DNA of 58,680 bases, the filler included, from Malassezia furfur (Eukaryota): the NCBI GenBank assembly GCA_052055015.1. It is 6 parts of 6 records of this genome, joined end to end, with 100 filler letters (N's around TTAATTAATTAA, not from the genome) between each part and the next. Parts side by side here need not be neighbours in the genome. Positions count along the whole stretch, not along the records: positions 49,041 to 58,680 come from JBQJIT010000415.1; 5 more parts are not named here. One strand, 5' to 3'. Below the pieces are notes generated by a model. It ran no database searches. It was not told the DNA's origin and saw only the letters and a program-made list of their open reading frames with translations. Below, piece after piece: positions 53,705 through 58,680 of the stretch. Both the position numbers and the translations under genes were made by a program. Positions within the stretch are counted from its first letter, which is position 1. Each line of letters opens with the position of its first letter.

Positions 53705-56303
53705 ATGGAGGCCATGCGGCAGCGCCTGCTGGCGCAGCAGCTGGGCCTCGCTTCGCCGACGCCCGGGACACAGCAGGACCGCGGGAGTCCACGGACACCC
53801 CAGGGTGCTGCGTCGCCCAGTGTACGTGCGCGCCCGGGATGGCGTACCGAGCCGCGTGTGCGCATGATGCCGTCAACGCCGGAGCCGCCGAGCCCCTGGA
53901 TGTTGGGCCGTGGCCCCAGCACGCCGACGCGTGGTACGCCGCAGACGCGCACGCCGCAGAGGCGAACACCCGATCACAGCCTGGGAACACCCACGGCGCC
54001 CGGGACACCGCTCGAACGGAGCAACCTCTCTGCGAAGGACCGCGAGAAGCAGCTGCAGACGATGCTCTCGAGTCTTGTGACGGTCGTTGAGAAGGTCGAC
54101 ATGGACAAGGCCAACGTCCCCGGCCTGCTGTGCCGTCTGCTGCCGCACCAAGTGCAAGGCATCGAGTGGATGCAGCAGCGCGAGTGTGGCGACATCAAGG
54201 GGGGGATCCTGGCCGACGATATGGGATTGGGCAAAGTACGTCGCCGGCTCACACAGACCGTACAAATGCTGGCGCTCATCTTGCAGCACCGGACCCTGGA
54301 CAGCATGCAGTCGAACGAGCCGACCGACGACCTGGCCGCGAACCTGGCCAAAGAGGGCCTCGGCAAGGCCAAGGCCAAGAACAAGGCGCCGCCGACCAGT
54401 GGCCAGGACGACCCCGACGGTGCGGTGTTTGTGGACGATGTGGAAGACATGCTCGAGCAGCGGCGCAGGGCCGTGTACGCATCGGGCACCAAGACGACGC
54501 TCATCATTGCGCCGCTCGCGGTCGTGGAGCAGTGGCAGCGCGAGGCAAACGAAAAGACGGGGCACAAACTGCAGGTGTATGTGCACCATGGCCCGCACCG
54601 CGCCAAGTCGGTGGACGTGCTGCGGCGCGCCGACGTGGTGATTACGACGTACGCGACAGCCACCAACGAGCACTCGCAGTACCTCGCCGACTTGGACCAA
54701 GATGCGCCGAACCTCGGGTCGCAAGGGCGCCCCATTGCGCTGGATTCGGACTCGTCCAGCTCCGCGTCGGCGTCGTCCGACTCGGACACACCGCTGCCCC
54801 GCCGTACGGTGCGTAAGCCGCGTGCGCGCGCCCCACGCGCGCCGCTGTTCCAGATGAAGTGGCTGCGCGTGGTACTGGGTAGGTGGTTTGGCTGACACAG
54901 ACGAGGCGCACAACATCAAGAACTACCGCGCCAAGAGCAGCCAGGCGTGCTACGAGCTGTCGCTGAATGCGGCGTCGCGCTGGTGCCTGACCGGGACGCC
55001 GCTGCAGAACAATGTGCTGGAGCTGTTCAGCCTGATGCACTTTTTGCGGGCGGCGCCGTTTGATGACCTGTCGCACTTTCGCGAGAAGATTGACGACCCG
55101 CTGAAGAGCAAGTACGTTGCCGAGCCTCACGCAGCATCCGCGCGCGCAGCGAGTACGGGATGAAACGGCTGTGCGTCGTTCTGCGCACCATCATGCTGCG
55201 GCGCACCAAGGATGCCGAATACAACGGCAAGAAACTGCTGCAGCTGCCGAAGCGCAACGTCGACGTGGTCATGCTCGACTTTGCGAGTGAGGAGGAGCGC
55301 GCGTTCTACCGCAAGAATGAGCTGCGCATCAAGGACAGCCTGTCGGACGAAGCGGACGGCAAACACGATATGATGGGCATGCTGGTGATGCTCCTACGAC
55401 TACGGCAAGGTAGGTGGTGCACTGACGCAGCGTGCAATCACCCTGCGCTGATCACGGGCCAGGCGCCGCGTGCGCCGACGGCGCCCGATGCGCCGGCCGT
55501 CGCGGCGGCCGACACCGGCATGAGTGCGGACGACGAGCTGGCCGAGCTGCTGTCGGGGCTGTCGGTGCGTACGCAGCACTGTGAGCGGTGCCAAGTGTCG
55601 CTGCCTGCGTCGCACCCAGCCGAGTCGGGCCACGTGCTGTGTGCCGGGTGCCGTGCGCAGGCCAAGGACGAGGCGGAGCGCGGCATCGACTGGGGCACGC
55701 GGAGCTCTTCTAAGGTCGACAAGGTGGTGAAGCTCCTGGACATGATTCATCGCGAAGCGCGGGACGACAAGACGATCGTGTTTAGCCAGTTTACCTCGTT
55801 TCTGGACCTGCTGGGCCCCGTGCTGCAGAAGCACGGTGTGGAGTTTGTGCGATGTGCGTGGCTGCGTGGCTGACCCAGACGACGGGACCATGTCGCGCAC
55901 GGCGCGCGAGGCGGCGCTGCAGGCGATCCGGACGCGGCGCGAGACGCGCGTGATTCTGATCTCGTTCAAGGCCGGGAGCACGGGCCTGAACCTGACGTGC
56001 TGCAACCGGGTGATTCTGTGCGACCTGTGGTGGAATCCGCAGATCGAGGAGCAGGCGTTTGACCGTGCGCACCGGTACGTGGGCTGGCTCACACAGGCTC
56101 GGCCAGGCGAAAAACGTGTACATTTACAAGCTGTCGATCACCGACACGGTCGAGGAGCGGATTCTGCAGCTACAGGAGAAGAAGCGTGCGCTTGCCAAAG
56201 CGGCGCTGGATGGCAGCACGCAGCTGTCGCGCGGTACGTGACGAAGCCTGACGCAGCCTCGCGCCTGTCGGCGACGGAGCTGAATTTCCTGTTTGGTGCG
56301 TAG
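53705..56303 (+). CDS. SNF2-family ATPase of the Rad5/Rad16/Uls1 class with a reduced RING-like insert, 7 introns
   Basis: [68 protein letters not shown]. Introns 54236-54256, 54879-54900, 55112-55134, 55410-55430, 55854-55878, 56075-56096 and 56234-56256. Confidence 0.9.
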
Positions 56304-56398
56304 TAGTGGCTCCGCAAAGGGCCGGCTTTCTGGGGCCTCCACAGTGCGTATAGAAGGAGGGGAAATTCGGCTTTTTTTGGCCACGCGCCACGGAATCG

Positions 56399-58625
56399 AT
56401 GACAGCAGTGGAAGGGGTGAGCCATGCGATGCAGGCGTACGAGGCGCCGTACCGTGAGGCGATCGTGCGCAAGCACCGCTCGCGCCTTCGTGGGCTCCTG
56501 TACCTCTTTTCGTTTGCGCCGCCGGTGCCCTCGCCCGTGCGCGCGCCGCTCGCGTTCCTTCGGCACCCGACGGTGCTGTACGTGCTGGGCCTGACGTGCG
56601 CGATCGTGGCCGGTGGCGGCCTGTCGGCGATCGACTTGCTGTACGGCTACTGGTCGCACACGGTCAAAGAATACCAGTGGACGGATCCCTCGTACGCGCA
56701 GCGCCACAGCAATTTGCTGGCGTGGATCAATGTGGTGATCGGCGTGCTGGTGCTGCTGACGAGCTGGGGCTTTGTGACGCTCATGCCGCTCGCGACGCAC
56801 GAGCTGTGCCACCGGCTGCGCGAGGAGTACTTTGCTGCGGCGATCGTGCAAGATCCCGGGTTCTTTGACACGCACGGCCCAGGCGAGATTGCCTCGCGCG
56901 CGAACCGCGACGTGACGCAGCTGCGCGCGGCGTTTGGCGAGAAGCTGGGCTTCTTTGCGAATGCGGTCGCGACGCTGGTCACGAGCATGGTGATGGCGTT
57001 CGCGCGGGCGCCGACGGTCGCGGGCGTGCTGCTCACCGTGCTGGTGTTTGCGGTGCTCGTCACGACGACGCTCGGTGCGCTGGGCGACATGGTGACCTCG
57101 TCTGCGCTCGACGTCGACAGCCGTCTCTCGACGTTTGTCGAGCAGGTGCTGTCGTCCGTGCGCGTGGTGCACTCGTTCGAGCTGACGCAGATCCTCGTCG
57201 CGCGGATGCACACGCTGTACATTGCGCCGCTCGCGCGCTTCGTCGCGCGGCGCGCCGCGGTCAAGGGCGCCGACGTGTCGTCGATGTACTTTGTGATCAA
57301 CGCGCTCTACTCGCTTGGGTTCTGGTGGGGCTCGGTGCAGATCGCCAAGGGGCGCGAGCAGATGGACGGGGTGATCTCGTGTTTCTACAACTACCTCAGC
57401 TCGATGTTCTCCATGGCGATGGTCGTGCCTCACCTGCTCAGCCTCATCGAGAGCGGCACGGCGCTGCGCAAGATGCGTGCGGTGATCGAGCGTGAGCCGC
57501 ACGTCGACGTGCGCGCGACCGATGGCGCGATCCTCGGCGTGCCGGTGGGCGCACCGAACCCCGAGCACCTGCCGACGTACGAGCCGAGCTTTGCGCTCGA
57601 CCACGTCACGTTTGCATACCCCGCGCGGCCGTACACGGCGAGTCTGCGCGACGTCTCCATCTTTTTCCCGCCGGGCAAGGTCACGGCGCTCGTCGGCCCG
57701 TCGGGCAGCGGCAAGTCGACCATTACGGCGCTGCTGGGCCGCGAGTACGACCCCGAGACGTCCAATGTGCCCGTGGCCGGCGACGAGAAGATCGGCGGTG
57801 CAGACGGCGCCAAGGGCCAGGATGCCAAGGACGAAAAGGCCGCTGCGTCCCGCGACAAGTCGCCGGAGCGCGCCGCGTCGCGTGCGTCGCACGACGGCGA
57901 CCTCGAGGAGGCGCGCGAGCGCGTGCATGGCGGCGGGCGTGTGCTGTTTGGCGGCGTCGACGTCCGCGAGCTGAATGTGCGCTGGCTGCGTTCGCAGATT
58001 GCCGTCGTGCGGCAGAACCCCCAGCTGTTTAGCGGCACGATCGCCGAAAACGTCGCGATGGGCCTCACGGCGGTGCAGCCCGACGCCTCGGTCGCGGACG
58101 AGGCGGTGCGTGCCAAGGTGCAAGAGGCGCTCGTCAAGGCCGAGGCGTGGTCGTTTGTCAAGAAACTCCCCCAGGGCATGGACACCTACCTGGGCGGCGG
58201 CCGCAACGTGCACCTCTCGGGCGGCCAGCGCCAGCGCATTGCGATCGCGCGTGCGCTCGTGCGTGAGCCGCAGATCCTGTGCCTGGACGAGGCGACCTCC
58301 GCGCTCGACACCTCGACCGAGGAGCGGATCAAGCGCATGCTGCAGCGCGAGCAGGCGGCGCGCGGGATGACCACCATCATCGTCGCGCACCGCCTCTCGA
58401 CCGTACAGCATGCCGACCAGATCGTGACGCTGACGCTCGGCGCGGTCGCCGAGGTCGGCACGCACCACGAGCTGATGCGCCACACCGACGGCGTGTACTA
58501 CCGGATGGTGATGCACAACCGCATCGCGTCTGGCCTGCCGCTCGACGACGACGACGACGCCGAGCCCGACGTGCCCGACCATACGACGGGCGTTGAGACC
58601 ACGACGCAGGCATCGAGCAGTGCGT
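56399..58625 (+). CDS. ABCB (MDR/P-glycoprotein-type) transporter, first TMD-NBD half, 3'-partial
   Basis: Absent from the ORF track (no stop). TMD with QDPGFFD...GEIASR...GEKLG, Walker A GPSGSGKST, signature LSGGQRQRIAIARAL, Walker B CLDEATSALD, VAHRLST. Confidence 0.92.
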
Positions 58626-58680
58626 GGCGTGGTCGTTTGTCAAGAAACTCCCCCAGGGCATGGACACCTACCTGGGCGGC
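58626..58680 (+). repeat. Exact 55-nt copy of 58144-58198 at the contig end (probable assembly k-mer artefact)
   Basis: Identity stops at exactly 55 nt; the offset of 482 nt is not a multiple of 3. Confidence 0.85.

Noticed and set aside
58144..58680. Apparent internal duplication of the ABC NBD at the contig end
   Set aside because: Exactly 55 nt, out of frame and terminal; matches a de Bruijn k-mer overlap or chimeric read rather than biology.

Overview
Eukaryotic, very GC-rich (roughly two-thirds G+C by eye), extremely gene-dense fungal DNA. Gene content, compaction and tiny introns point to a basidiomycete yeast of the Malassezia type; this is an inference and the species cannot be determined here. 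The window is not one locus. It is six unlinked contigs (9768, 9755, 9693, 9667, 9657 and 9640 nt, i.e. size-sorted) joined by artificial 100-nt N44-TTAATTAATTAA-N44 spacers. About 35 complete or partial housekeeping genes can be reconstructed: NOT1, MCD4, a CaMK, COG6, a MacroD protein, MGR2, METTL6-like, NUP133, CCDC47, peroxisomal Lon, mitochondrial GluRS, NKAP-like, eIF5, TRS31, IRE1, SUV3, DPH6, WBP1, FAR11, UTP10, a CLC, a p24, DUF202, eIF3L, Hsp70, UTP14, GLE1, OGG1, a SNF2 ATPase and an ABCB transporter. Most entries in the ORF track are antisense or shadow frames. The interesting signal is gene-expression architecture: (1) 37 hand-reconstructed spliceosomal introns, 36 of them 21-27 nt (median 23), with the branch point fused to the 3' CAG and an apparent 16-nt floor on lariat size; (2) an NKAP-like splicing factor lacking its most conserved core; (3) NOT1 whose conserved N-terminus lies upstream of any AUG; (4) CCTCCAC and CACGTG motifs recurring in tiny promoters; (5) a poor-context eIF5 uORF; (6) abutting or overlapping genes with a strong TAG stop bias; (7) folded, unannotated sequence in the few long convergent spacers; (8) a C-terminally truncated FAR11. 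No rRNA, tRNA, CRISPR array or transposase was found.
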